Shown piece by piece: positions 17,523 through 26,280 of a DNA stretch of 64,000 nt (position 1 is its first letter; the number at the start of each line of letters is the position of its first letter). Source of the DNA: Bacteroidaceae bacterium. Its GTDB lineage: Bacteria; Bacteroidota; Bacteroidia; Bacteroidales; Bacteroidaceae. The notes under the pieces were generated by a model that did no database searches, had not been told where the DNA came from, and saw only the letters and a program-made list of their open reading frames with translations. The DNA lies in the NCBI GenBank assembly GCA_017556045.1, contig JAFZFF010000046.1:13004-77003 (forward strand). The letters are read 5' to 3'. A program made the position numbers and the translations under genes.

Positions 17523-19259
17523 ATGGATAAGACCATAAACCAAGAGCAATGCACCTCGATAGAGGGAGCTTTGCAGAAGGAGATTGGAAATGCTGACATT
17601 GTCAGCGCAGTGAATAACCCAGTAACTACGGAGAAGACGAAGGAGGAATACCGATTCCGTCGAGGACGGCTTACGCGGGACTATCTGGATAAGTTCAGAT
17701 ACTTATTCGAGGTGGAGGAGCAGCCGAGCAAGGTGGATGACATGGAGGTGACTGACGTCGGATATCCTAAGGCATTGCCAGCGGAGTTCTATGATATGTT
17801 ACCTACGTTTCTGAAGGCTCTTCCCTTGGAGCATACGGACAATCCTCACCTGCGCGATGCGGTGCTCTTGGGTATGTGGCCAGTGGTAGCTACGATGATG
17901 CCTTACCTTGAGGTGAAGCATGACAATGGTGAGCGCACGTGTGCTATATATGTGTTCGTTGCAGGTCCGCCTACGGCTGGTAAGAGTAGCGTTACGGGTA
18001 GTCAGGATATATTGGAACTGATAAACGCTGAGCTGCTGGCTGTGAGGGAGGAGGAATTGCGCAAGTATAACATCAAGCATAGGGCTTACGAAATCAAGCG
18101 CAAGGCGATTGAGAACGATGGTAAGAAGAAGTCACAGGAGGAGGTGGAACAGGAGCTGATGGCCTTGGTAGAACCTATACAGCCATTGCTTCCTTACCTG
18201 TTCGTCGCTCCTCGAACAACGGAGGCAAGGTTCCTGCACGACCTCAAAGAGGCTCGCGGGCTGAACATGCTGCTGGTGCTTTCTGAGGTGGCTGTGCTGC
18301 TCAACTCCAACAAGCGTGAGCATGGCAACTATGTGGAGGAGCTTCTCGATATCTACGATCATAAGAGGATTGAGAAGCGCTTGCGCACGAACAACGAAGA
18401 GATTTGCATCGAGCGTCCCTCGCTCTCGGCCATCTTCACCGGAGTGCCCGAGCAGTTGAGCAAGTTCTTCTCATCGTTCCCCAACGGTATGGAGAGCCGT
18501 GTGTCGGCGATGCTGCTCGTCAAGGATTCCGATTATAAACCCGAGGATACTGCCGAGTACGAGAAACATCAGGCACTCATCAAGCGGCTGCAAGAGGTGG
18601 CCTACGCGGTATACATGTGGCTGAGACAAGTGTGTGATGGGACGACTAAGTTTGTGCTCGACATCAACGAGAAGGATATGGAGCACATCGACACCTTCTT
18701 CGCATCCAAGGAGGAGCTCGTGGCTGGTGCCTACATGAGTAATAATGCCAAGTCGTTGGTGCGTCGTAAGAAGTTGGACTTCAAACGCATAACAGCCATG
18801 TTGGAGGTGCTGTTGAGATACGAAGAGTTGGGGTCGTGGGATGACGTGTTTGCCTCACATACGATAGTACCCTCACGCAAGACGATAAACCTCGCGCTCT
18901 ATTACACCAATCACCTTATTGACCACTCGCTGTATGTTCAAAGCCGCTACGGTAGCCTGCGACACAAGGAGGAGGAGCCGCAGAAGCAGCTCGAAAGAAA
19001 CGAACTATTAGGCATGCTGGACAAGACCTTCCTCACCTCGGAGGCGAAGGCACTGCTCGAGCACAATGGCGACACCAACCCCTACCGTACCATACGTGCA
19101 TGGCGAGAGGGATGCTTCATCGAACCAGTGGGGAAGGCTGGCAAGGTGAGCACCTACCGCAAGCTCAGTCCGTCGGAACAGAACAAGCGACTGAAATTGT
19201 CAGTTAAGGCAAAAAACAAACAGCAACGTGCTGGTAACAAGCGCGATAAGCGTAAGTGA
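17523..19259 (+). CDS. DUF3987-like P-loop protein (primase-associated helicase-like)
   Basis: 578 aa with Walker A VAGPPTAGKSS. Its gene context (DUF4248 upstream, Zn-ribbon/toprim-like gene downstream) is typical of Bacteroidales replication modules. Confidence 0.6.
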   Translation: MDKTINQEQCTSIEGALQKEIGNADIVSAVNNPVTTEKTKEEYRFRRGRLTRDYLDKFRYLFEVEEQPSKVDDMEVTDVGYPKALPAEFYDMLPTFLKALPLEHTDNPHLRDAVLLGMWPVVATMMPYLEVKHDNGERTCAIYVFVAGPPTAGKSSVTGSQDILELINAELLAVREEELRKYNIKHRAYEIKRKAIENDGKKKSQEEVEQELMALVEPIQPLLPYLFVAPRTTEARFLHDLKEARGLNMLLVLSEVAVLLNSNKREHGNYVEELLDIYDHKRIEKRLRTNNEEICIERPSLSAIFTGVPEQLSKFFSSFPNGMESRVSAMLLVKDSDYKPEDTAEYEKHQALIKRLQEVAYAVYMWLRQVCDGTTKFVLDINEKDMEHIDTFFASKEELVAGAYMSNNAKSLVRRKKLDFKRITAMLEVLLRYEELGSWDDVFASHTIVPSRKTINLALYYTNHLIDHSLYVQSRYGSLRHKEEEPQKQLERNELLGMLDKTFLTSEAKALLEHNGDTNPYRTIRAWREGCFIEPVGKAGKVSTYRKLSPSEQNKRLKLSVKAKNKQQRAGNKRDKRK

Positions 19260-19347
19260 CGTGTCACCCCATCCGTCACTATGCGTCACTCAACAGGTGT
19301 CATCAGTGGCGGATGGGATATTATTGATGATTTATAGTTTAATGATT

Positions 19348-20375
19348 ATGAGAGAGTTATACAAGTTTACCTTAGCCCATTATCGGGACATCAAGTGTCA
19401 CAACTGGAACCGCACATGCCCCAACTGTGGGAAGCGAGAGTTTTCACCCTATATCAATATCCTCACAGGGGAACCGCTCGATGATAAACGATGTGGCCGT
19501 TGTAACCGAGAGACGAACTGTGGGTATCATTACTCGCCGAAAGATTGGTTCGAAGACATCGACCCGAGCGTCGTGAGTGGTTGCCCAAGGAGGAGTACAT
19601 CGCTCGCAAGCGCCAAGAACGCCGGGAGGCTGAGGAGGCCAAGCGGATGTATCTACAACGTGAAGCTGAGCGCATGGCACGCAAGTTTGCCCCCCTCAGT
19701 AGTGAGCAACACCCCGATGCACAGGCCTACATGGACCGCATGGATGAGCTGTGTGAGCAGTCGCAGTCGACCGACAATACCTTGGCACGATGGCTGTGTA
19801 CGATGTTTCCTACGGATAAGGTGGATGAGGTGCTCCGACTATACCGCACGGGTAGCACACCGGATGGGTGGATAGTGTATTGGCAGATTGACCTTCACCA
19901 TCGAGCGCGCACGGGCAAGATGATGGCGTATGGGCCTGATGGGCATCGGTTGAAGGGAAGCGGTCCGTCGTTCAACTGGGTACATGCCAAAGAGGGCATA
20001 GAACAATTGGCCGACCAATGCCTCTTCGGTGAACATCGCCTCATGGAATGGGAGGATACCGTCGCCCTCGTAGAGAGTGAGAAGACGGCAATCTACATGA
20101 GCCTCAGATATCCCAACATACTATGGCTCGCTACGGGTGGCAAGCAAAACTTCAAGCCTGAGGTGCTATGGCCACTATGCGGAAGAGAGGTGTATGTATT
20201 GCCCGATGCCGATGCCTTGGATGAGTGGATGGCGAAGGTCGAAGTACTGAATCGTGAGCATGGATATAGGTTCATCATCCACGAAGACTATGTCAGGCTA
20301 TGCACTACTGAGGCTATTGCACGAAAAATGGATATTGCGGACATGGCTTTAGAGGGAAGAGGGTTTAGGGTTTAG
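19348..20375 (+). pseudogene. Zn-ribbon / toprim-like primase gene (DUF6371-like) split by a frameshift
   Basis: The N-terminal part MRELYKF...CPNCGKREF...CGRCNRETNCGYHYSPKDWFED is in one frame. The plausible continuation ...REWLPKEEYIARKRQERREAEE... to stop 20375 is in the -1 frame. The change lies near 19550-19570. Confidence 0.6.
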
Positions 20376-20405
20376 AGTTTAGAGTTTAGAGTTTAGAGTT
20401 TAGTG
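20361..20405 (+). repeat. Heptanucleotide tandem array (GGGTTTA x2, GAGTTTA x4)
   Basis: TAG occurs every 7 nt (20366, 20373, 20380, 20387, 20394, 20401). The second TAG is the stop of the primase ORF. Confidence 0.9.
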
Positions 20406-20424
20406 TAATGCAATCAACTTAAAA

Positions 20425-20451
20425 AGAGGCATCGCCTGCGGCGGTGCCTCT
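20425..20451. terminator. Bidirectional terminator-like hairpin between convergent genes
   Basis: AGAGGCATCGC...GCGGTGCCTCT stem flanked by an A-run upstream and a T-rich tract downstream. Confidence 0.6.
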
Positions 20452-20513
20452 GATTTGTCTGTTTCATAATGCCTAAGCAAGTTTTAGGGTTATGCAGCTA
20501 AAGCTCCAACCGA

Positions 20514-21839
20514 TTACATATCTTCTATAGATAGTCCTCTGTAAATGATTTCGTACCCGTTAAAAGAGCCGACGGATTTGAAGAACAATTCAGACTTGCC
20601 CTTCAGAATGTTTTCATCGAAGTTTTTCGCTTGTCGTTTTACCTCGATAAATTCAATTTTGTTATCCAACTCATCCTCGGCAACTATGTCTATCTCGTTT
20701 TCGCCTTTTCGGTCGTGCCAATATCCAAGGCGAGTGTATGCTCCTGATTCTTTCAGCACCTCATAGAAGTAGCTTTCAAGTGACTTTCCGCTGACTGTCA
20801 TAAAGTCACGCTCTGCTATCGCTCTCAATCTATCATTACCGCCAGCCTCTATGATGTGAGTGTATTTGTAGATAAAGCGGAACCAGAATTTCAAGAACTG
20901 GTCATTGATGGCATAATGCACATTCTTATTGCTTGACTTCTCATACATAGGTTGCATCTTACTTATCAAGCCATACTCTTCACTTAGATTTTTCAGATAA
21001 CCTGACAACTCTTTTATATTGAGAGTGCTCTCCAGCTCTGAACGTGTATTCTTACCTTGAGCTATAAGCGTCAGTATCGAGAAATAGATGCTGTAGTCTT
21101 TGCCAAACTCATCGACCAGCATATTCTTACCCTCGGACAGGAAATAGGAATCCCGTTCAAAGAACATATCCAGCATCTTCTTCTCGGTAAACTTTTTCCT
21201 ATCGACAAACAACTCTACATATTTTGCCACTCCACCTGTCAACGTATAAAGAGCTAACAGATCGGACTTCTTGTAGCCAGGACAATACTCAGACATGATT
21301 TCCTTCAAGACTGAGGGACTGAAAGGACGGACGTGCATCGTATCTGTCTGCCTACCAAATAGCGGTTGCTTCTTATCCTTGAATATCTTATTCATCAGGG
21401 TATTCACAGAACCCGCCACAATCAAGTTGATGTGAGCCTTGTTCTTATAACTATCCCAAATATTCTGCATGTCAGAATATATAGATGGATTTACCCTATA
21501 GAAATCCTGAAACTCATCAATAAAGAGGTTGATATGCTGAGTTTGCGACAATTCCATAATGAATTTGAATACGGCAGCAAAAGACATCCCCTTGCTATCA
21601 AGCATGGGCACGTTGAGTTTGGTGCGAATCTCGTCTGCGAATATATCGCACAGATCAGCCTCGGCCTTGCGAGCGACAAAGAAGTAAAGCATGGTCCTGC
21701 CTTCATAAAACTTCTTGACCATCTCAGTTTTACCAATACGGCGTCTTCCTGTAATAATGGTAAATTGGGCCACTTCATGAGAAAGCTCTTCTATTTCGCT
21801 AAGCTTCTTAAACTCCTGTTCTCTATCAAAAAATCTCAT
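20514..21839 (-). CDS. AAA+ ATPase (Arch_ATPase) with DUF234 C-terminal domain
   Basis: Start set at MRFFDREQEF. Walker A GRRRIGKTE and Walker B LFIDEFQ. The DUF234-like C-terminus is ...GYWHDRKGENEIDIVA.... Confidence 0.8.
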   Translation of the reverse strand: MRFFDREQEFKKLSEIEELSHEVAQFTIITGRRRIGKTEMVKKFYEGRTMLYFFVARKAEADLCDIFADEIRTKLNVPMLDSKGMSFAAVFKFIMELSQTQHINLFIDEFQDFYRVNPSIYSDMQNIWDSYKNKAHINLIVAGSVNTLMNKIFKDKKQPLFGRQTDTMHVRPFSPSVLKEIMSEYCPGYKKSDLLALYTLTGGVAKYVELFVDRKKFTEKKMLDMFFERDSYFLSEGKNMLVDEFGKDYSIYFSILTLIAQGKNTRSELESTLNIKELSGYLKNLSEEYGLISKMQPMYEKSSNKNVHYAINDQFLKFWFRFIYKYTHIIEAGGNDRLRAIAERDFMTVSGKSLESYFYEVLKESGAYTRLGYWHDRKGENEIDIVAEDELDNKIEFIEVKRQAKNFDENILKGKSELFFKSVGSFNGYEIIYRGLSIEDM

Positions 21840-22055
21840 ATCGATGAATTTTATCGTAACACTCATTACCGTAACAACGATTACGATACCGCAAAAATAC
21901 AAATAAAATTATCATTCGTGCAATAAATTGATTGTTTTTATAGATTTTGTAGAGAATTATTATCTTTTTCGATTAATTTTCTTTCCCCACCCCCTCCGTA
22001 GCGCCTCATTTGGAGAATGAAATTTTTGGGAATGTAGTAACTTCGCGTCAGAAAA

Positions 22056-22127
22056 GGTTGAGGGTTGAGAGTTGAGGGTTGAGCGAACTATCCGGAGGCA
22101 AGGTCAACGTCAGCGTTAACGTCAACG
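22056..22127 (+). repeat. Composite element: 4 x GGTTGAG heptamers, core TATCCGGAGGC, 4 x 6-nt GTYRAC-type units
   Basis: Direct reading. The same core lies between two repeat arrays at 51044..51120. Confidence 0.8.
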
Positions 22128-22170
22128 TTTTCAAGAAACAAATGTTTAACCCCTAAAAAAGTAAAAGATT

Positions 22171-22590
22171 ATGGCAATTTCTTATGCTATCAAGAGAGTG
22201 AAGAACCCTGGTAAGAATGCGGTAGAGGGCGTGAAGTACTATCACGCGGCGGCTATCAAGGCGGGTGAGTACGACTTTGAGGAGATGATGACTGACATCA
22301 GCCACTCGACCACGGTGACCGAGGCAGATGCTATGGCAGTGCTCCGCTCGATGAAGAACCACATCATCAAGGCGCTGCTCGCTGGTCAGGTGGTGGTGCT
22401 TCAGGACATCGGCCGCTTCCAGGTAACCCTGCAGGGTAAGTGTTACTCACAGGATGCTATGGCGGCATCGGACTTCTCACCTTCGGCACAGATCACGGGT
22501 CACAAGATCATCTTCCGTCCCGAGGTGAAGCTCAAGCAGTCTGTAGCGGCAGGTATCTCACTCAAGCGCGTGACCACTGAGGCGGCGTAA
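22171..22590 (+). CDS. HU-family (HU_HIG-type) DNA-binding protein
   Basis: 139 aa. The pattern MAISYAIKRVKNPGK...YYHAAAI...GRFQVTL is typical of Bacteroidales histone-like proteins that accompany DUF3987 modules. Confidence 0.75.
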   Translation: MAISYAIKRVKNPGKNAVEGVKYYHAAAIKAGEYDFEEMMTDISHSTTVTEADAMAVLRSMKNHIIKALLAGQVVVLQDIGRFQVTLQGKCYSQDAMAASDFSPSAQITGHKIIFRPEVKLKQSVAAGISLKRVTTEAA

Positions 22591-22614
22591 GCTGTAGGTT
22601 CGCGACCAATGAGA

Positions 22615-22649
22615 AAGGCGGTTGGATATACATCCTGCCGCCTTTTTTG
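22615..22649 (+). terminator. Rho-independent terminator of the HU gene
   Basis: GGCGG..GGAT / ATCC..CCGCC stem followed by T6. Confidence 0.65.
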
Positions 22650-22670
22650 TATGCCCCTCGTAAACAATAA

Positions 22671-22700
22671 ATCCTCGATAATCTATTGATTGCCGAGGAT
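22671..22700 (-). terminator. Hairpin downstream of tRNA-His
   Basis: ATCCTCG...CGAGGAT stem, followed on the minus strand by TTATTGTTT. Confidence 0.45.
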
Positions 22701-22705
22701 CTTTG

Positions 22706-22780
22706 GGTGACTAGTGGGATTCGAACCCACGACATTCAGAACCACAATCTGACGCTCTAACCGACTGAACTATAGTCACC
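22706..22780 (-). tRNA. tRNA-His: tRNA-His (anticodon GTG)
   Basis: The reverse complement folds by hand into a cloverleaf: G-1 + GTGACTA acceptor, anticodon loop TTGTGGT, T-arm GTGGG-TTCGAAT-CCCAC, discriminator C. No CCA is encoded. Confidence 0.9.
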
Positions 22781-22808
22781 ATGTTAGTGCTCCTTGTCGA
22801 AAGCGGTG

Positions 22809-22816
22809 CAAAGGTA
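22809..22816 (-). promoter_or_regulatory. -7 promoter box (TACCTTTG) for tRNA-His
   Basis: Plus-strand caaaggta lies about 30 nt upstream of the tRNA 5' end. Confidence 0.5.
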
Positions 22817-22922
22817 CGCATTATTTTTGAATGTGCAAAAGATTTGGAGTTTTTTTTGCATTTTAATGCGATATTTTCTTCTTTTTGCCCGAAAAAGGTG
22901 AGTGCAAGGGGTGTGTTGACCG

Positions 22923-23097
22923 CTTTTACGCGGAAATTCGTTCACGCGCGAATGATTTAGTTTTCACGCAGACGCCGCAGACTTACGCAGATGGTTGCAT
23001 AGCTATCGCTCGCAACTTGTCGGCTATTAGCCGAGTGTATACGTCCCGGAGGGAACGCACAAGCGAAGCAAGTGCGTGAGACCAAAATTAGTGAGAG
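22923..23097 (+). repeat. GxxExxY-flanking repeat, copy R0 (shortened)
   Basis: CTTTTACGCGGAAATTCGTTCACGCGCGAATGATTTAGTTTTCACGCAGACGCCGCAGACTTACGCAGA aligns with 23557..23627. Its tail GTGCGTGAGACCAAAATTAGTGAGAGT resembles the R2 tail. Confidence 0.75.
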
Positions 23098-23111
23098 TAT
23101 CGAGATGGGAA

Positions 23112-23492
23112 TTAGAAATTATTTACCACACGATTTATGCCATGCATAATATCGGTAACATTGAAGTTGATAAGCAAGCCAAGGCGCTTATCCATAAGCT
23201 TGAGATAGGTGAGCAATTGTTTATGGTGCACAGGCTTGAGTTTCTCCACAGATTTAAGTTCTACGATGAGCTGATTATCAACAAGGAGATCAAGACGAAG
23301 ACCTTCACCAATATTCACCCCCTTGTAGCTCATAGCCACCTCCACTTGAGATTGTACGGGAATGCCTGCGAGGGTAAGCTCATGGATGAGTGCCTTCTCA
23401 TAGGCTGCTTCGAGTAAGCCTGGGCCAAGGGTTTTATAAACCTCCATGGCACAACCAATAACCTTATATGAGAGGTCGTTTAATGTATTCAT
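23112..23492 (-). CDS. GxxExxY protein (PD-(D/E)XK-like)
   Basis: GLLEAAYE motif and the characteristic 126-aa family layout (...VELKSVEKL...QLLTYLK...GLLINF). A TACATTTG box lies at about 23515. Confidence 0.85.
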   Translation of the reverse strand: MNTLNDLSYKVIGCAMEVYKTLGPGLLEAAYEKALIHELTLAGIPVQSQVEVAMSYKGVNIGEGLRLDLLVDNQLIVELKSVEKLKPVHHKQLLTYLKLMDKRLGLLINFNVTDIMHGINRVVNNF

Positions 23493-23556
23493 CTTTAATG
23501 ATATTATTCACTTCGCAAATGTAGTAAATAAAATCGTCTTATCCTCACATGCGATA

Positions 23557-23770
23557 GCTTTTTATGCGGAATTTCGTTCACGCGTGAATGATTTAGATTT
23601 CACGCAGATGGCGCAGACTTACGCAGAAGCATACATTGCTATCGCTCGTATGTAGCCGTCCGGATGGCAAGCACAAGCGAAGCATTTGCGCAATTCTGCG
23701 TTTTCAGCGCAGTCTGCGTGAGACCTAATTTTCAGCGAGAGTGGTTTGTGTCAATTCTTCGTGAGACTAA
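23557..23770 (+). repeat. GxxExxY-flanking repeat, copy R1 (full)
   Basis: Its 5' part matches R0. From 23598 it is nearly identical to R2, at a 202-bp period. Confidence 0.8.
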
Positions 23771-23799
23771 GAGGGTGCTTACATCGCGGATTTTTTTTG

Positions 23800-23977
23800 T
23801 TTCACGCAGATGGCGCAGACTTACGCAGAAGCATACATTGCTATCGCTCGTATGTAGCCGTCCGGATGGCAAGCACAAGCGAAGCATGTGCGCAATTCTG
23901 CGTTTTCAGCGCAGTCTGCGTGAGACCAAATTTCCAGCGAGAGTGGTTTGTGTCAATTCTGCGTGAGACAAAAAAAC
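23800..23977 (+). repeat. GxxExxY-flanking repeat, copy R2
   Basis: TTTCACGCAGATGGCGCAGACTTACGCAGAAGCATACATTGCTATCGCTCGTATGTAGCCGTCCGGATGGCAAGCACAAGCGAAGCAT... repeats 23598 onward. Confidence 0.8.
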
Positions 23978-24006
23978 AGTGAGGGTAACAGGATAGGGGA
24001 TAGCTT

Positions 24007-25110
24007 TTAGCGATGATTCTCTATTAGCTCGCGTTCGGAAGCGATGGCTCGCTGCATGCGTGACTGAGCATCGGGGGTAAGGTCAGACGGGATGGTGTCG
24101 GAGGGGATGATGCGGAAGTCGGCACTGCGGCTGAGGGCTGCACGCTCTGTCCACACAAAGTCATAGTCGAGGGATCTGAGGCGGGTGGTAGTGCCTATCT
24201 TCTCGAGGGTGAGCTCTACGCACATGCCTACATCGCCATGGGCAATGCTCATGTTTGACACATAGTTGCCGAGTGAGTATACCACGGCATGTCGGGTGGG
24301 GTAGTCGGTATGAGGTATCAGCTCGATGGGTTGCACTACGTGGGGATGGCTGCCGATGACATGGTCGACGCCTTGGTCGATGAGCCATCGGGCCAAAGAG
24401 CGCTGCTCTGCATTGGGGTGGCGCTGGTACTCATCGCCCCAGTGCACGTAGGCTATGATGACATCTGGCTTCATAGTGCGGGCTTGGCGGATGTCGGCCT
24501 CGAGCTCTTCACGACTGAGGCTATTGACGATATTGGGTGGTGTGGTGGCGATGCCATTGGTGCCGTATGTGGCGCAGAGGAGGGCTATGCGGAGGCCGTT
24601 CTTCTCGATGAGGAGTGGGTAGCGCTGGGTGCGGTCGGCTGCATCGCGGTAGGTGCCCATGGCAACGAGTCCGGTGCTATCGATAAGGGTGAGGGTACGC
24701 TCGAGTCCGCGGCGGTGGCGGTCGAGGCTGTGATTGTTGGCCGTAGCGAGGATGTCAAACCCTACGTCACGCAGGATATAGAGGTATTGGTCGGGGGAGC
24801 TGAACGCTGGGTAGCCGCGGTAGGGAGGACCTCCAAGTGTAACCTCGAGATTGCCAATGGCGATATCGGCCTGTGAGATGCGCTCTCTGACCAACGAGAA
24901 GCAGTGACGGTAGTCGTAGCATCCGTCGGCACGGTGGGCGGCATCAATCTGTGCCTGGTGTTGCATGAGATCGCCTACGAAGAGCAGCTTGACTTGGTGG
25001 GCGGCATCGGAGGGCTGGGGAGTGCCTGTAGCCCCATATACGCGGGATATGGGGGATAAAAGCAGCTGTATGATGCAGATGAGTAGGCTCGTCCGTATGC
25101 TCGTTTTCAT
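24007..25110 (-). CDS. CapA-family (PGA_cap) metallophosphatase-like protein
   Basis: Signal peptide, LLFVGDLMQHQ and the GSHPHVVQP pattern of the CapA family. Confidence 0.75.
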   Translation of the reverse strand: MKTSIRTSLLICIIQLLLSPISRVYGATGTPQPSDAAHQVKLLFVGDLMQHQAQIDAAHRADGCYDYRHCFSLVRERISQADIAIGNLEVTLGGPPYRGYPAFSSPDQYLYILRDVGFDILATANNHSLDRHRRGLERTLTLIDSTGLVAMGTYRDAADRTQRYPLLIEKNGLRIALLCATYGTNGIATTPPNIVNSLSREELEADIRQARTMKPDVIIAYVHWGDEYQRHPNAEQRSLARWLIDQGVDHVIGSHPHVVQPIELIPHTDYPTRHAVVYSLGNYVSNMSIAHGDVGMCVELTLEKIGTTTRLRSLDYDFVWTERAALSRSADFRIIPSDTIPSDLTPDAQSRMQRAIASERELIENHR

Positions 25111-25332
25111 GCAATGAGTTGTGTAGATAAACTATTTTCGTTCGGTAAAAGTACATATTTTATTTGAGTCGTGCAAATCGAGTAGGGGGGGGTATGCGGC
25201 ATGGGGTGGGCAAGTGGTGAAAGTTGTGTTGTATAACATAAAAAGTGATGGTGATTTTTGATGTCTGCTCTGTTGCTTTTTTTGTTTTAAAAACATAGTT
25301 TTGCAGAAGTAACCATTAATAACCCTACGACC

Positions 25333-26259
25333 ATGAAAAAAATGTGTTTCCTTTTCGTGATTGTTGCCCTATCAGCATGTGGCAACAAGGGTGAGCAGAC
25401 GGGTCAGTCTCCACAGTCAATTACAGTGAAAATGTCGATTGTCGACAAGGGTGCATCGAGGTGGTATCATAGTCTCTTCTGGGATGTGGAGACCAATGCT
25501 CTGGCTACGAGGAATAGGGCGGAGGTCGATATTGATGCTACGCAGGAGCGTTACACACAGCCCTTGGCCTTGAGCCTATGTCTGAAGGAACCTGTGACTG
25601 AGGCTCCCGAGGGTGAGGAGGTACAGATTGCCTTCAAGCCTGCTGTGTATACAGAGTTGCATCGTGACTCGATGCTGACGACCTATAAGCGTAGGTATAC
25701 GGCGCATGTCAATGATGAGGCAAGCTTGTCGACGGTGTGGTATGCTGAGTATCTCAATGGTGAGCGTTGCAGTGCTGAGCATATCGAGTTCTTTGTGACG
25801 GGCGATACGGTGTATTCGCTCAACTATCCTGATATATGGGGATTCACTCCTGAGGGGCTCTCATTCTGCTTCGCTGATAAGAATGTGAAGGAGGTGTCGG
25901 CAAACTACCGCGTGTATTACGATGTGTATGCCATCAAGCGCATCGGTATGCGTGCCGATAACTGGGCTTGGGTATGTCGACTGGCTTCGGAGGAGATGCC
26001 GCTACAGGTAGATAAGGCTGGTAACTATACGCTGCCTAAGGTGAGGGCGTTGAGCCTAAGTAAATCTGATCGTGAGGCGATGGAGGCCATGCGCGATGAG
26101 GCTATACAGGGCTGGGAGGAGTTTATGGGTATCAGCATGGGAGAGGCTCCCTACATCTATGACTTTGATAGCTACATGGTGACACTCAATGTGAAGTACA
26201 ATGATGGTACGGAGCGTGACTATACGCATCTGGCTACAGCGATGTATCTCGAGCCATAG
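25333..26259 (+). CDS. Hypothetical lipoprotein
   Basis: Lipobox MKKMCFLFVIVALSAC. A TAGTTTTG box lies at about 25296. Confidence 0.6.
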   Translation: MKKMCFLFVIVALSACGNKGEQTGQSPQSITVKMSIVDKGASRWYHSLFWDVETNALATRNRAEVDIDATQERYTQPLALSLCLKEPVTEAPEGEEVQIAFKPAVYTELHRDSMLTTYKRRYTAHVNDEASLSTVWYAEYLNGERCSAEHIEFFVTGDTVYSLNYPDIWGFTPEGLSFCFADKNVKEVSANYRVYYDVYAIKRIGMRADNWAWVCRLASEEMPLQVDKAGNYTLPKVRALSLSKSDREAMEAMRDEAIQGWEEFMGISMGEAPYIYDFDSYMVTLNVKYNDGTERDYTHLATAMYLEP

Positions 26260-26280
26260 GGTAGTGATGTGAGGTAAATA

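Noticed and set aside
19545-19875. Treating 19228..19875 and 19545..20375 as two genuine overlapping genes.
   Set aside because: The 3' part of the first ORF is R/S-rich nonsense, and the 5' start of the second is a TTG with no context. Together they read as one Zn-ribbon/toprim-like protein interrupted by a frameshift.
20361-20374. GGGTTTAGGGTTTA resembles the plant-type telomere repeat (TTTAGGG).
   Set aside because: There are only two such units before the unit changes to GAGTTTA. The sequence is bacterial and internal, so the resemblance is coincidental.
23557-23977. Possible CRISPR array, because of regularly spaced repeats.
   Set aside because: There are only two or three copies. The repeat units are about 170-210 bp with roughly 30-bp gaps, the opposite of CRISPR geometry. 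No cas genes are present.
23664-23982. Two overlapping approximately 80-100-aa ORFs that contain duplicated peptide segments.
   Set aside because: They lie wholly inside the tandem R1/R2 non-coding repeats, and the duplication in the protein simply reflects the 202-bp DNA repeat. They have no start context or promoter box.
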